Shown here: positions 34,391 through 43,166 of the stretch, one piece after another | Numbering within the stretch: position 1 is the stretch's first letter | How the letters are laid out: the number at the start of each line of letters is the position of its first letter | Source: an uncultured Bacteroidales bacterium | GTDB lineage: Bacteria; Bacteroidota; Bacteroidia; Bacteroidales; Marinilabiliaceae | NCBI GenBank assembly: GCA_937892095.1 | Contig: CALAVC010000224.1 | Coordinates: 49,893 to 113,892 of the forward strand | DNA: 64,000 nucleotides | Direction: 5' to 3' | Notes under the pieces: generated by a model | Database searches by the model: none | What the model was told of the DNA's origin: nothing | What the model saw: the letters and a program-made list of their open reading frames with translations, nothing else | Translations under genes and position numbers: made by a program

Positions 34391-35929
34391 CTAATTACCC
34401 CATGTGTCGCGGTCGAGCGAACGATATTGAATGGCTTCGGCAATGTGTTCTGCGCCCACATTTTCGGCTCCAGCAAGGTCGGCAATAGTGCGAGACACTT
34501 TTAATATACGGTCATACGCACGAGCCGAGAGCCCCAACCTTTCCATTGCCATCTTCAGTATTTGCGAGCCTGCTTCGTCGGGTCGAGCATACGTGTTGAG
34601 CAGTTTTGTGGTCATTTGTGCGTTGCAGTGCACGCCTGCCACGTCTTTAAATCGTGCGCTCTGTACTTCGCGCGCTCTGACTACCCTACTACGTATCGTA
34701 GCACTCGACTCTCCTTGCTTCATGCTTGCAAGCTCACCCACTGGCACTGGCACCACCTCTATGTGGAGGTCTATGCGGTCGAGTAGCGGACCCGATATTC
34801 TGCCCAAGTATTTTTGCACCTGACCGGGTCCGCAAGTACAAGTCTTTGCAGGGTCGTTGAAGTAGCCACAAGGACAGGGGTTCATACTGGCTACCAACAT
34901 AAAACTGGCTGGATATTCCACAGCAAAGCGCGAGCGAGATATGCTTATTATTCGGTCTTCGAGTGGTTGGCGCATAACCTCGAGCACCTGACGCTGGAAC
35001 TCTGGCAACTCATCGAGAAATAGCACGCCATTGTGTGCAAGGCTTATTTCGCCAGGTTGTGGAAATGTCCCACCGCCCACAAGTGCTACATTGGAAATGG
35101 TGTGGTGTGGACTACGAAACGGACGTGTGGTTAGTAACGATGTTTCGCCTTTCAGCTTGCCAGCCACGCTATGTATTTTAGTCGTTTCGAGAGCTTCTTC
35201 CATTGTCAGCGGTGGCAATATGCCCGGAAGTCGTTTGGCCATCATGCTTTTGCCCGAGCCAGGTGAGCCGATGAGCAATATGTTGTGTCCGCCAGCAGCA
35301 GCTATTTCGAGTGCACGCTTGGCGTTGTCTTGTCCTTTGACGTCGGCAAAGTCTGGCATGTCGTCGGTGGGCGTAGCTGAAAATTCTGTTGCCGCATCGA
35401 CCACCGTAGGCTCTATGCCATTCCCAGTCTCGAGCAAATCAACCACTTGGCGTATGTTATGAGCACCATAGATGTGTAGCCCACTCACGACTGCTGCTTC
35501 CTTGGCGTTCTGATGTGGAAGTATAAAACTTTCGAATCCGTCGGCTTTGGCTTTCAGAGCCATAGGCAGAGCTCCTTTGATGGGCATAAGCGATCCGTCG
35601 AGCGATAGCTCACCCATGATGAGCGTACGCTCCAAGTGTTGTGGAGCTATCTGTCCGCTGGCAGCCAATATGCCCACAGCAAGTGGCAAGTCGTAGGCAC
35701 TACCCTCTTTGCGAATGTCGGCAGGTGCCATATTGATGACAATGCGCTGACCAGGCCACCGCCAACCATTTTCGCGTATCGCACTCTCGGTGCGTTGCTC
35801 GCTTTCTTTGACTGCACTATCGGGTAAGCCTACTATGTAATACTTTATGCCAGGCGATACGTTGACCTCCATAGTCACCGTCCGCGCGTCTATGCCACTC
35901 ACGGCTGCTCCGAATGTCTTGACGAGCAT
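34391..35929 (-). CDS. comM: YifB/ComM-family Mg-chelatase-like AAA+ ATPase
   Basis: N-terminal Lon-protease-like domain (MLVKTFGAAVSGIDA...). Walker A LLIGSPGSGKSM, VLFLDELPEF and the Cys cluster NPCPCGY...CTC. Confidence 0.9.
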   Translation of the reverse strand: MLVKTFGAAVSGIDARTVTMEVNVSPGIKYYIVGLPDSAVKESEQRTESAIRENGWRWPGQRIVINMAPADIRKEGSAYDLPLAVGILAASGQIAPQHLERTLIMGELSLDGSLMPIKGALPMALKAKADGFESFILPHQNAKEAAVVSGLHIYGAHNIRQVVDLLETGNGIEPTVVDAATEFSATPTDDMPDFADVKGQDNAKRALEIAAAGGHNILLIGSPGSGKSMMAKRLPGILPPLTMEEALETTKIHSVAGKLKGETSLLTTRPFRSPHHTISNVALVGGGTFPQPGEISLAHNGVLFLDELPEFQRQVLEVMRQPLEDRIISISRSRFAVEYPASFMLVASMNPCPCGYFNDPAKTCTCGPGQVQKYLGRISGPLLDRIDLHIEVVPVPVGELASMKQGESSATIRSRVVRAREVQSARFKDVAGVHCNAQMTTKLLNTYARPDEAGSQILKMAMERLGLSARAYDRILKVSRTIADLAGAENVGAEHIAEAIQYRSLDRDTWGN

Positions 35930-35963
35930 TTCTTCGACCTACGCTTTAAAAGATTATAATTAT

Positions 35964-36003
35964 ACAACGTTTTGGGGGGCAGACGTACCCCCAAAAACGT
36001 TGT
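35964..36003 (-). terminator. hairpin terminator downstream of the 36031-37700 operon
   Basis: 15/16-bp stem acaacgttttggggg / cccccaaaaacgttgt (one bulged A). On the minus strand it is followed by AT-rich sequence. Confidence 0.6.
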
Positions 36004-36030
36004 GCTAATTTACAACTTTTTCTTGCGCTC

Positions 36031-36444
36031 TTAATGTTTTTCGGCTCTCTGGCGTAGCATCTCCCCAGTCAAGACAAAAGTGCATGTGTCTTTTTGCGTG
36101 TCATACGTCTGTCCGTATGCTGTGTTCTCTTGTTGGTCCACCCAGTAGTTGGGGTCGGTAAACTCCTCCCATAAGTGCAGTTGCAAGGTGTCCGCAATCA
36201 CACTAAGACTATTAAATATGCGGTCGACCATATATATCCCACGTGGTCCTTCGGCATGGTGAAACGCCTTTCTCTCGCCGGGTTGTAGGCAGACCGATGT
36301 GCTATAGTCGTTGTATATGTGTGCGTGGCAATCTACGTGCACGTCGGTCCGATTCTCTATCATAAATGTGTTGCTGACATACTCTGGGTCGTTGCACGAC
36401 ATCATTGTCAGCAGAGCAACACATAGCGAAAAATGTTTTCTCAT
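36031..36444 (-). CDS. small lipoprotein, unknown family
   Basis: Lipobox LLTMMSC and 137 aa. It distantly resembles the 37242-37700 product. Confidence 0.65.
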   Translation of the reverse strand: MRKHFSLCVALLTMMSCNDPEYVSNTFMIENRTDVHVDCHAHIYNDYSTSVCLQPGERKAFHHAEGPRGIYMVDRIFNSLSVIADTLQLHLWEEFTDPNYWVDQQENTAYGQTYDTQKDTCTFVLTGEMLRQRAEKH

Positions 36445-36459
36445 CTTATTTCCCTCGCT

Positions 36460-37245
36460 CTAAAATTCTACAGCCAATCCTATCGAAAAACATGTTTGCG
36501 TAGAGCCGTCTTCGCAACACGAGTAGCGGTCTTCGAACTCGTCCATATCGACCAACGTTACGCCTATGTATGGCGACAAAGCAAGTGGTCCGCGTAGTGC
36601 TACTCTGCAGCCCACTCCGAGGTTGGAATATACTCCTGCCGATGTCTTGTTGTTGGTCCTATTGTCCCACGAGGAGTCTATCAGCATACCACCAAGCTTG
36701 ACGCAAAAAAATGGCGATGCCTTTGTGCGCAAAAAGTCGTGCTTGTAGAAAGCATATATGGGTATGGCAAAGAAATCGGTGTCGAACATATAGCTATAGT
36801 AGTCGTCGACAAGGTAGCTTGCGGCACTGGGCATAACGCCAATGCCAAGTGTCCGACCACTTCGTGGACGATATTGCACCTGAAAGTTTACGCCCATAAT
36901 TGTCAGGTCGCAGTTCGTGTCTATTTGTGGTCCCACACCAAAGGTTAACCCTCGGCGTGTGGTCATGCGTCTGTATGGTTCGTCAAGGCTCTCTTGGTGG
37001 GTTTCTGTTGCTTGTGTCTCGGATGCTTGTTTTATGGGGCTAACGCTCTCTATGCTTGCATAGTCTATTGTCATTTCAGAGCCTTGCGCAGTCTGCACTC
37101 GTATGCTTTCGCCTGCCTTAATTTCAAGAATCTTACATGTCAGTCTGTCGCCATTCCGAAAGTAGACAATGTCGGTGCTTTGCGCCACAGAATGACTGCT
37201 CATTAGTGGCAGGCAAGCTATTATGGCCAAAAGTATTCGTCTCAT
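36460..37245 (-). CDS. outer-membrane beta-barrel protein with a small N-terminal soluble domain
   Basis: Signal peptide MRRILLAIIACLPLMSSHSVAQ. The second half has alternating hydrophobic beta-strand patterns, and the C-terminus ends ...IGLAVEF (terminal aromatic). Confidence 0.6.
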   Translation of the reverse strand: MRRILLAIIACLPLMSSHSVAQSTDIVYFRNGDRLTCKILEIKAGESIRVQTAQGSEMTIDYASIESVSPIKQASETQATETHQESLDEPYRRMTTRRGLTFGVGPQIDTNCDLTIMGVNFQVQYRPRSGRTLGIGVMPSAASYLVDDYYSYMFDTDFFAIPIYAFYKHDFLRTKASPFFCVKLGGMLIDSSWDNRTNNKTSAGVYSNLGVGCRVALRGPLALSPYIGVTLVDMDEFEDRYSCCEDGSTQTCFSIGLAVEF

Positions 37246-37700
37246 TTCTGTTCTACGATGTCTGGTGTAATGTGAAAAGTCTCGGTACGATAGACAAATT
37301 CGTAGTCGCCACCTGCGCTTGCATGCTCAGTCTCCGAAGTCCAATTGTCGCACGTTTCGCAAAAAAATTTGTTTTGCTTTGAGTCTTCGTAGTCGTGATG
37401 CCTCTCTGCCCTAAACAAAAGCGCATCGCATTGCACGTCGGCAAAAACAGAAAGTGTGTCTACACGGTAGTAGTAGAGCCACGCCTCTTCGTTTTCCGTC
37501 TTAGTCTGGTAGATAATGACCGACTTTTGTGGTGGCATTGCGTACAGGCAATGTGAACGATAGTTGCTCACACGCACGTACACCGTATCTGTCAAGTCGT
37601 TGGCCACACTACATCGGTAGAAATACATTTCGTCGCCGTCGATACATGCCGTTATTACTCCACATAGTGCCAACAACATGCTCATATACGTCTTTTCCAT
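37242..37700 (-). CDS. small lipoprotein, unknown family
   Basis: Lipobox LCGVITAC and 152 aa. It overlaps the downstream barrel gene by 4 nt. Confidence 0.65.
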   Translation of the reverse strand: MEKTYMSMLLALCGVITACIDGDEMYFYRCSVANDLTDTVYVRVSNYRSHCLYAMPPQKSVIIYQTKTENEEAWLYYYRVDTLSVFADVQCDALLFRAERHHDYEDSKQNKFFCETCDNWTSETEHASAGGDYEFVYRTETFHITPDIVEQK

Positions 37701-37728
37701 CAGATGTGATTGATTTTTGGGTAGTATG

Positions 37729-37736
37729 CAAAATTA
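37729..37736 (-). promoter_or_regulatory. candidate -7 box (TAATTTTG on the minus strand) for the 37700-36031 operon
   Basis: Plus strand reads CAAAATTA, the reverse complement of TAnnTTTG. It lies 29 nt upstream of the start at 37700. Confidence 0.35.
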
Positions 37737-37797
37737 TGTTTTAAATTCATTCTAAACAACGCATTTGAGGTCGTAAAGTAGAAATATCAATATTTTA

Positions 37798-37805
37798 TAC
37801 CTTTG
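37798..37805 (+). promoter_or_regulatory. candidate -7 box (TACCTTTG) for the acyltransferase gene
   Basis: Exact TAnnTTTG match, 30 nt upstream of the ATG at 37835. Confidence 0.35.
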
Positions 37806-37834
37806 CTCTTCATAACTTGGAATATGTAAGATAA

Positions 37835-38761
37835 ATGGAATTTAAAAACGACATACCCGTCCTCAACGTGTGGGGCAAGATGGGCATGGCAGTCATTCGT
37901 GCCTTTTCGCATTTGCCCATGCGCTTTCTCTACGTATTTGCCGACGTGGTCTACTTCCTGATGTATTGGGTTGCAAGCTATCGAATAAAAATAGTGCGAA
38001 GTAATCTGCAACTTGCCTTTCCTCACAAAAGTCAGCAAGAGTTGCGCCAGATAGAACGTAAGTTTTACCGCCATTTGGCCGACTATTTTTTCGAGACCAT
38101 CAAAGCACTCACCATTTCTGACGAAGAACTTCGCCGTCGCTACGTCATTCGCAATCCTGAACTTGTAAACAACATTACGGCCACAGGTCAAAGCGTCTTT
38201 CTCTATGGTGCACACATTGGCAACTGGGAGTGGCTGACTGTCTTGCCACTGACGTTCCCTCAAACACCCGTCCACACTTTTTATCAGCGACAAAGTAGCA
38301 CCTTTGCAGACCACATGTCGCTGTCGGTCCGTACACGTCGTGGCATAATTGCCGTAGAAAGCCATAAGGGCTTCCGACACGAAGTCGCGTGCAAACGTGG
38401 TGGACACACCCACATGACACTTGTCCTTGGCGACCAAAGCCCACACATCGGTGCGCCAAAATTCTGGTTCGACTTCATGGGGCAAGACACCTCTTTCCTT
38501 GTCGGACCAGCACACATAGCTGCCAAAATCGACGTGGCACTTGTCTACCCAAGCTATGTGGTCTATCGACGTGGATATTACGAAGTCGAGATGAAACTCA
38601 TTGTTGTGCATCCTGCCGAAGTTGGTGCCAAAAATTGTGCAAAACGCTTTGGTGCTCTCCTCGAAGACGACCTCGCACGCTTGCCCGAGCTTTGGCTGTG
38701 GAGCCACAATCGTTGGAAACACAAACATGCCGACTTCCCCGACGACGATAAAGAAGCCTAA
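37835..38761 (+). CDS. lipid A biosynthesis (LpxL/HtrB-family) lysophospholipid acyltransferase
   Basis: 308 aa with an N-terminal TM. The motif GAHIGNWEW is the H-x4-E type catalytic dyad of the LpxL family. Confidence 0.75.
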   Translation: MEFKNDIPVLNVWGKMGMAVIRAFSHLPMRFLYVFADVVYFLMYWVASYRIKIVRSNLQLAFPHKSQQELRQIERKFYRHLADYFFETIKALTISDEELRRRYVIRNPELVNNITATGQSVFLYGAHIGNWEWLTVLPLTFPQTPVHTFYQRQSSTFADHMSLSVRTRRGIIAVESHKGFRHEVACKRGGHTHMTLVLGDQSPHIGAPKFWFDFMGQDTSFLVGPAHIAAKIDVALVYPSYVVYRRGYYEVEMKLIVVHPAEVGAKNCAKRFGALLEDDLARLPELWLWSHNRWKHKHADFPDDDKEA

Positions 38762-38774
38762 GTAACATTCTGCA

Positions 38775-40706
38775 ATGAAAAAATATTTTAGCCCTCTTGC
38801 GGCTCTCTGTCTCAACATATTGCTTGCCTACGGAGCCTTTGCTGTAGCTCACGTAGCCTATGCCCTCGAAAACTATTCCTATTTTGCGCCAGCATTCTCG
38901 TTCTCTGCCTTGCCCGACTTGCTCGTCGGCACGCTCCGATTCGACACATCGGGAATGGTCTACGTCAACATGCTCTATGCCATACTTATGCTCTTTCCCT
39001 TATGGCTAAAAGAAAACGACGTCTACCATCGTTTTTGTCGTGTGGTGTTCGTAGTTCTCAATGGCATAGCTTTCGTCGCCAACATGGCCGATGCTGTCTA
39101 TTTTCGCTACACTCTCCGCCGAACCACAAGTACCGTTTTTAAAGAGTTTGCAGGCGAAGACAATCTTGTCGGCATATTTGCAATAGAAATACTTCGCCAT
39201 TGGTATTTGTTACTACTCAGCATAGCTGTCATATACCTACTTTGGCGACTCTACACAATGCCAAAGTGTAACTGTGCAAGCCTCCGACCAATAGTCTACT
39301 TTGCCACAGGTATTCTAGTCTTTGCAGCTGTTGTCGGACTTTCCATTGCTGGCATGCGTGGTGGTTTCACTCGCGCCACTCGTCCCATAACGCTCAGCAA
39401 TGCCAATCAGTATGTCAGCCGTCCTGTCGATGCTGCTCTAATCCTCAACACCCCTTTCACCATCATCCGTACCATAGGCAAAAAAGTCTTTGTCAACCCT
39501 CACTATTTTCGTAGCGAAGAAGAACTATCACGTGTCTACACTCCGTGGCACACTCCCACGTCCGACAGCATTAGTGCCAAAAGACGCAACGTCGTTGTTC
39601 TGATAGTCGAGAGTTTCGGACGAGAGTATATAGGCTCTTTAAACAAAACTCTTGAAAACGGCACCTACAAAGGCTACACACCCTTTGCCGATTCGCTTAT
39701 AAGTCAAAGCCTTACCTTCAAATACTCTTTCGCCAATGGGCACAAAAGCATCGATGGCATGCCCAGCATACTAAGTGGCATTCCCATGATGATAGAACCC
39801 TTTTTTGTTACCCCTGCTGCGCTCAACAAAGTAGGAGGCTTGGCAGCAACTCTCGGTGCGCAAGGCTATCAGACAGCATTTTTCCATGGTGCGCAACGTG
39901 GCAGTATGGGCTTTCAGGCTTTTGCACGTGCCACAGGCTTTGCCGACTACTATGGGCGCGAAGATTTCTGTGCCGACCCTCGCACACGTGGCGACGAAGA
40001 TTTCGATGGCAATTGGGCAATATGGGACGAACCCTTTTTGCAATATTACGCCATGAAAATGAACGACATGCACGAGCCGTTTATGACTGCAGTCTTCACA
40101 GCTTCAAGCCACCATCCTTTTGTCGTACCTGCCGACTACGAAGCTCTGCCCAGTGGCACTCTGTCCATCCACAAGTGCATACGCTATACCGACAATGCTC
40201 TGCGTCAGTTCTTCGCCTATGCCAGTCGTCAGCCGTGGTATGAGAACACTCTCTTCGTCCTGACGAGCGACCACACCAACATGACCGACCACGAATACTA
40301 CATGACCGACCTCGGCGGTTTTTCTGCTCCCGTTGTCTTCTTCGACCCTCAGCACTCGCTCTTTCAGCCAGCCATACAAGACAAGGTGGCACAGCAAACC
40401 GACATCATGCCAACAGTCCTTGGCCTTTTGGGCAACACGCAACCCTATCTTGCCTTTGGGTGCGACCTAATGACAACCCCTCCCGACTCCACATTTGCAG
40501 TCAGCTACACCAATGGAGTCTACCAATACGTCAAAAACGGCTACGTAATTCAGTACGATGGAGTCGAAAGCATTTCGGCATACCTACTCACCGATAGCCT
40601 CATGAAAAACAAAGTCGCTCCACCCGATGGTATGCTCACAGAGCTAAAAGCCATCATAGAACAATATATGATGCGAATGGTCTCCGATCGCCTAATGTCG
40701 GAATAG
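38775..40706 (+). CDS. LTA-synthase-family (alkaline-phosphatase superfamily) membrane phosphotransferase
   Basis: Five N-terminal TM segments, then a sulfatase-like domain VVVLIVESFGREY...GHKSIDGMPSI...LTSDH. Length is 643 aa. Confidence 0.8.
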   Translation: MKKYFSPLAALCLNILLAYGAFAVAHVAYALENYSYFAPAFSFSALPDLLVGTLRFDTSGMVYVNMLYAILMLFPLWLKENDVYHRFCRVVFVVLNGIAFVANMADAVYFRYTLRRTTSTVFKEFAGEDNLVGIFAIEILRHWYLLLLSIAVIYLLWRLYTMPKCNCASLRPIVYFATGILVFAAVVGLSIAGMRGGFTRATRPITLSNANQYVSRPVDAALILNTPFTIIRTIGKKVFVNPHYFRSEEELSRVYTPWHTPTSDSISAKRRNVVVLIVESFGREYIGSLNKTLENGTYKGYTPFADSLISQSLTFKYSFANGHKSIDGMPSILSGIPMMIEPFFVTPAALNKVGGLAATLGAQGYQTAFFHGAQRGSMGFQAFARATGFADYYGREDFCADPRTRGDEDFDGNWAIWDEPFLQYYAMKMNDMHEPFMTAVFTASSHHPFVVPADYEALPSGTLSIHKCIRYTDNALRQFFAYASRQPWYENTLFVLTSDHTNMTDHEYYMTDLGGFSAPVVFFDPQHSLFQPAIQDKVAQQTDIMPTVLGLLGNTQPYLAFGCDLMTTPPDSTFAVSYTNGVYQYVKNGYVIQYDGVESISAYLLTDSLMKNKVAPPDGMLTELKAIIEQYMMRMVSDRLMSE

Positions 40707-40792
40707 TCTGTCATTCAATATGTTAGCTTTTGTGTGTAAAAATATTTTCAAAAAATAGCATTCTTTTTTTTGCACAAATAAAAAATACGCTC

Positions 40793-40800
40793 TACATTTG
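40793..40800 (+). promoter_or_regulatory. candidate promoter for the tRNA gene (-7 box TACATTTG, with TTTG at 40769-40772 as a -33 element)
   Basis: Exact TAnnTTTG match with a TTTG 20 nt upstream. It lies 45 nt before the tRNA 5' end. Confidence 0.45.
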
Positions 40801-40845
40801 CACTCGCAATCGGGAAGCAACAACGCTCCGAGAAGCAAGGGAAAT

Positions 40846-40919
40846 TCTCCAATAGCTCAGTTGGTTAGAGCATCTGACTGTTAATCAGAGGGTCATAGGT
40901 TCAAGTCCTATTTGGAGAG
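40846..40919 (+). tRNA. tRNA-Asn (anticodon GTT)
   Basis: A cloverleaf can be drawn by hand. Acceptor tctccaa/ttggaga, D arm gctc-agttggtta-gagc, anticodon arm tctga-ctGTTaa-tcaga, T arm atagg-ttcaagt-cctat, discriminator G. CCA is not encoded. Confidence 0.93.
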
Positions 40920-40929
40920 CAATCAATAC

Positions 40930-40966
40930 AGCTCGCAAGAATTAATTCTTGCGAGCTAATTTTTTT
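40930..40966 (+). terminator. intrinsic terminator after tRNA-Asn
   Basis: Perfect 14-bp palindromic stem agctcgcaagaatt / aattcttgcgagct, followed by taattttttt. Confidence 0.8.
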
Positions 40967-41080
40967 GTATCTATTAACGAAAGTTAGCTATATGCAATAG
41001 CATTCGTAAAGTATCTTTGTACAAGCAACAAGTAATCAATCTCCATAGTATACGCTGTCCGCGTTCAGCGCGTATTTTTT

Positions 41081-41956
41081 ATGCTCTCCATACTCATACC
41101 TACATACAATCATGTGTGCTTGGGGCTTGTGCGTGAAGTCGTAGGTCAGGCAAGCCAAGCAGGGTATGACTATGAAGTAATAGTAGGCGACGACGGCTCA
41201 ACCAATCTACGCATGGTGGCCGAAAACTCCAAGATTGACGACATCGACGGTTGCCGACTTATCGTAACTGGCAAAAATATAGGCATTGCACGTATGCGCA
41301 ACATGCTTATGAACGAGAGCAAAGGCGACTATATGCTTTTCCTCGATTCCGATGTAATGCCAGCAAGCAAAGACTTCTTGCAAAAATATGTCGATGCCAC
41401 CAAGAGCAAAACCGATGTCGTTGTCGGTGGCATAATGTATCGCCAAGATGGAAGCATAAGTCCACTACGACTAAAATATGGCATAGAGCGCGAGCAAAGC
41501 ACTGCCGCACAACGAAAGCTGCGTGGATATTCATTCATTTCGAGTGCATTCATGCTCAGCCGCAAGGTGGCCGAAGCCATTCGCTTCGACGAATCGTTCG
41601 ACCGTTACGGACACGAAGACACACTCTTTGGAGTATCACTCAAATTAGCTGGTATGCAGATAACACACATCGACGCACCCGTCTTTCACGACAACACAGA
41701 CACATCTGAAGAATTTGTAGAAAAAACACGCGTGGCCATTCAAAGCCTCATCATGCACTACGACGAGCTACGCGACTATTCCCGACTGGCACAAATCTAC
41801 GAAAAGACCAAGAAGCTACACCTAACGCATGTCATCGGTATGGTCTACAAATATTTCCGCCGTCAAATGGAAAAAAACTTGCTCAGCGCAAAGCCTTCGC
41901 TGCGCATACTCGACATGTACAAGCTCAGCTATATGTGTCGAATCAATCGCTTATGA
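41081..41956 (+). CDS. glycosyltransferase family 2
   Basis: LSILIPTYNH...VIVGDDGSTN...FLDSDV (DxD). Length is 291 aa. Confidence 0.85.
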   Translation: MLSILIPTYNHVCLGLVREVVGQASQAGYDYEVIVGDDGSTNLRMVAENSKIDDIDGCRLIVTGKNIGIARMRNMLMNESKGDYMLFLDSDVMPASKDFLQKYVDATKSKTDVVVGGIMYRQDGSISPLRLKYGIEREQSTAAQRKLRGYSFISSAFMLSRKVAEAIRFDESFDRYGHEDTLFGVSLKLAGMQITHIDAPVFHDNTDTSEEFVEKTRVAIQSLIMHYDELRDYSRLAQIYEKTKKLHLTHVIGMVYKYFRRQMEKNLLSAKPSLRILDMYKLSYMCRINRL

Positions 41957-43122
41957 CACGTAGTAAAACGTTGCCACTTGTGGCGCTTGCCTCTGGCACT
42001 CTCGGACTCGGCATAGCCGAGTTTGTAATGATGGGCATCTTGCCCGCCGTCTCATCTTCGCTCAGCATTAACATTGCACAAGCAGGGCATTGTATATCGG
42101 CCTATGCTTTGGGCGTGTGTATAGGCGCACCACTTACCGCACTCATCGCTTCCGACAGACCTCTCCGCCGCGTTCTCGTTGCACTGATGGTTATCTTTGT
42201 AGTCGGACATACCATGGCAGGTCTTGCCCGTAGCTACCACGCACTGATGATTGCCAGAGTCGTATCGGGGCTTCCGCATGGAGCCTTTTTCGGTGTGGGC
42301 TCCATTGTCGTTGAAAGGCTTTCCGACCGAAACAAAGCCACGCAGTCTATGGCCATAATGATCGCTGGCATGACCGTGGCCAATGTTGTCGGTGTGCCAC
42401 TCGGCACGTGGCTCTCTACGGCAGTCTCGTGGCGACTAATATTTTTCCTGACGGCCGCATGGGGGTTGCTTACTCTCATCGCCATTGCTCTTTTTGTGCC
42501 GCACGAAGAACCTTTGCCCGAAGTCGGACTACGTGGGCAGTTCCGTTTTGCACGCCACGCCTCAGCCCTCTATATCATCGTGGCCACTATGTTTGCCAAT
42601 GGTGGCATCTTTTGTTGGTATAGCTATGTCTTGCCACAGATGTATGCCGAAGCGCACATGTCGCCCGACTATCGCACGTGGCTAATGACACTCGCTGGCA
42701 TAGGCATGGTCGTTGGCAACCTTTTGGGAGGATACCTCACCTCGCGTTTCCCTGCAGCTCGAACAGGCATGAAGCTTCAAATATGCGCCGTCTTTATGCT
42801 CGTGCTCATGAGCCTTTCGATGAGCAGTCTGTGGTTATCAGCCACGCTGACCTTTGTGCTGACGGGGCTACTCTTCTCGTTCTCGCCTGCACAACAAATG
42901 CTTATTCTCGAACATGCTCATGGTGCCAAGATGATGGCTGCTGCTTTCATCCAAATAGCCTTTAACTTCGGCAATGCCGTAGGTGCCTATCTCGGTGGGT
43001 TGCCTATCGATGCGGGGCTGGGCTACCGATACTCTCCGCTGATAGGAGCCGCCATGGTCTCGCTCGGTGCATTGTCTATGTTCCTTTTCGTCCGACACCG
43101 TAGTGCACTCGCACGTCAATAA
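41953..43122 (+). CDS. MFS transporter (AraJ/sugar-efflux-like, 12 TM)
   Basis: About 12 hydrophobic segments. MFS-like loop motif GLARSYHALMIARVVSGLPHGAFFG. The ATG at 41953 overlaps the stop of the GT2 gene. Confidence 0.8.
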   Translation: MTRSKTLPLVALASGTLGLGIAEFVMMGILPAVSSSLSINIAQAGHCISAYALGVCIGAPLTALIASDRPLRRVLVALMVIFVVGHTMAGLARSYHALMIARVVSGLPHGAFFGVGSIVVERLSDRNKATQSMAIMIAGMTVANVVGVPLGTWLSTAVSWRLIFFLTAAWGLLTLIAIALFVPHEEPLPEVGLRGQFRFARHASALYIIVATMFANGGIFCWYSYVLPQMYAEAHMSPDYRTWLMTLAGIGMVVGNLLGGYLTSRFPAARTGMKLQICAVFMLVLMSLSMSSLWLSATLTFVLTGLLFSFSPAQQMLILEHAHGAKMMAAAFIQIAFNFGNAVGAYLGGLPIDAGLGYRYSPLIGAAMVSLGALSMFLFVRHRSALARQ

Positions 43123-43166
43123 ATCGTCGAAAGGCATTAACTTTGTATATCATCATGTTCATAACG

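Noticed and set aside
37787-38818. 343-aa minus-strand ORF covering the whole LpxL-like acyltransferase gene
   Set aside because: It is antisense to a gene with clear family motifs (HIGNWEW). Its translation is Cys/His/Phe-rich with no recognisable domain, signal or TM pattern, so it is a shadow ORF.
41040-41080. Short hairpin plus T-run (atacgc...gcgtat tttttt) immediately before the GT2 start at 41081, as a possible attenuator
   Set aside because: The stem is only 6 bp plus 2 bp with a bulge. The tRNA upstream already has a strong terminator, so there is not enough evidence to call a regulatory element.
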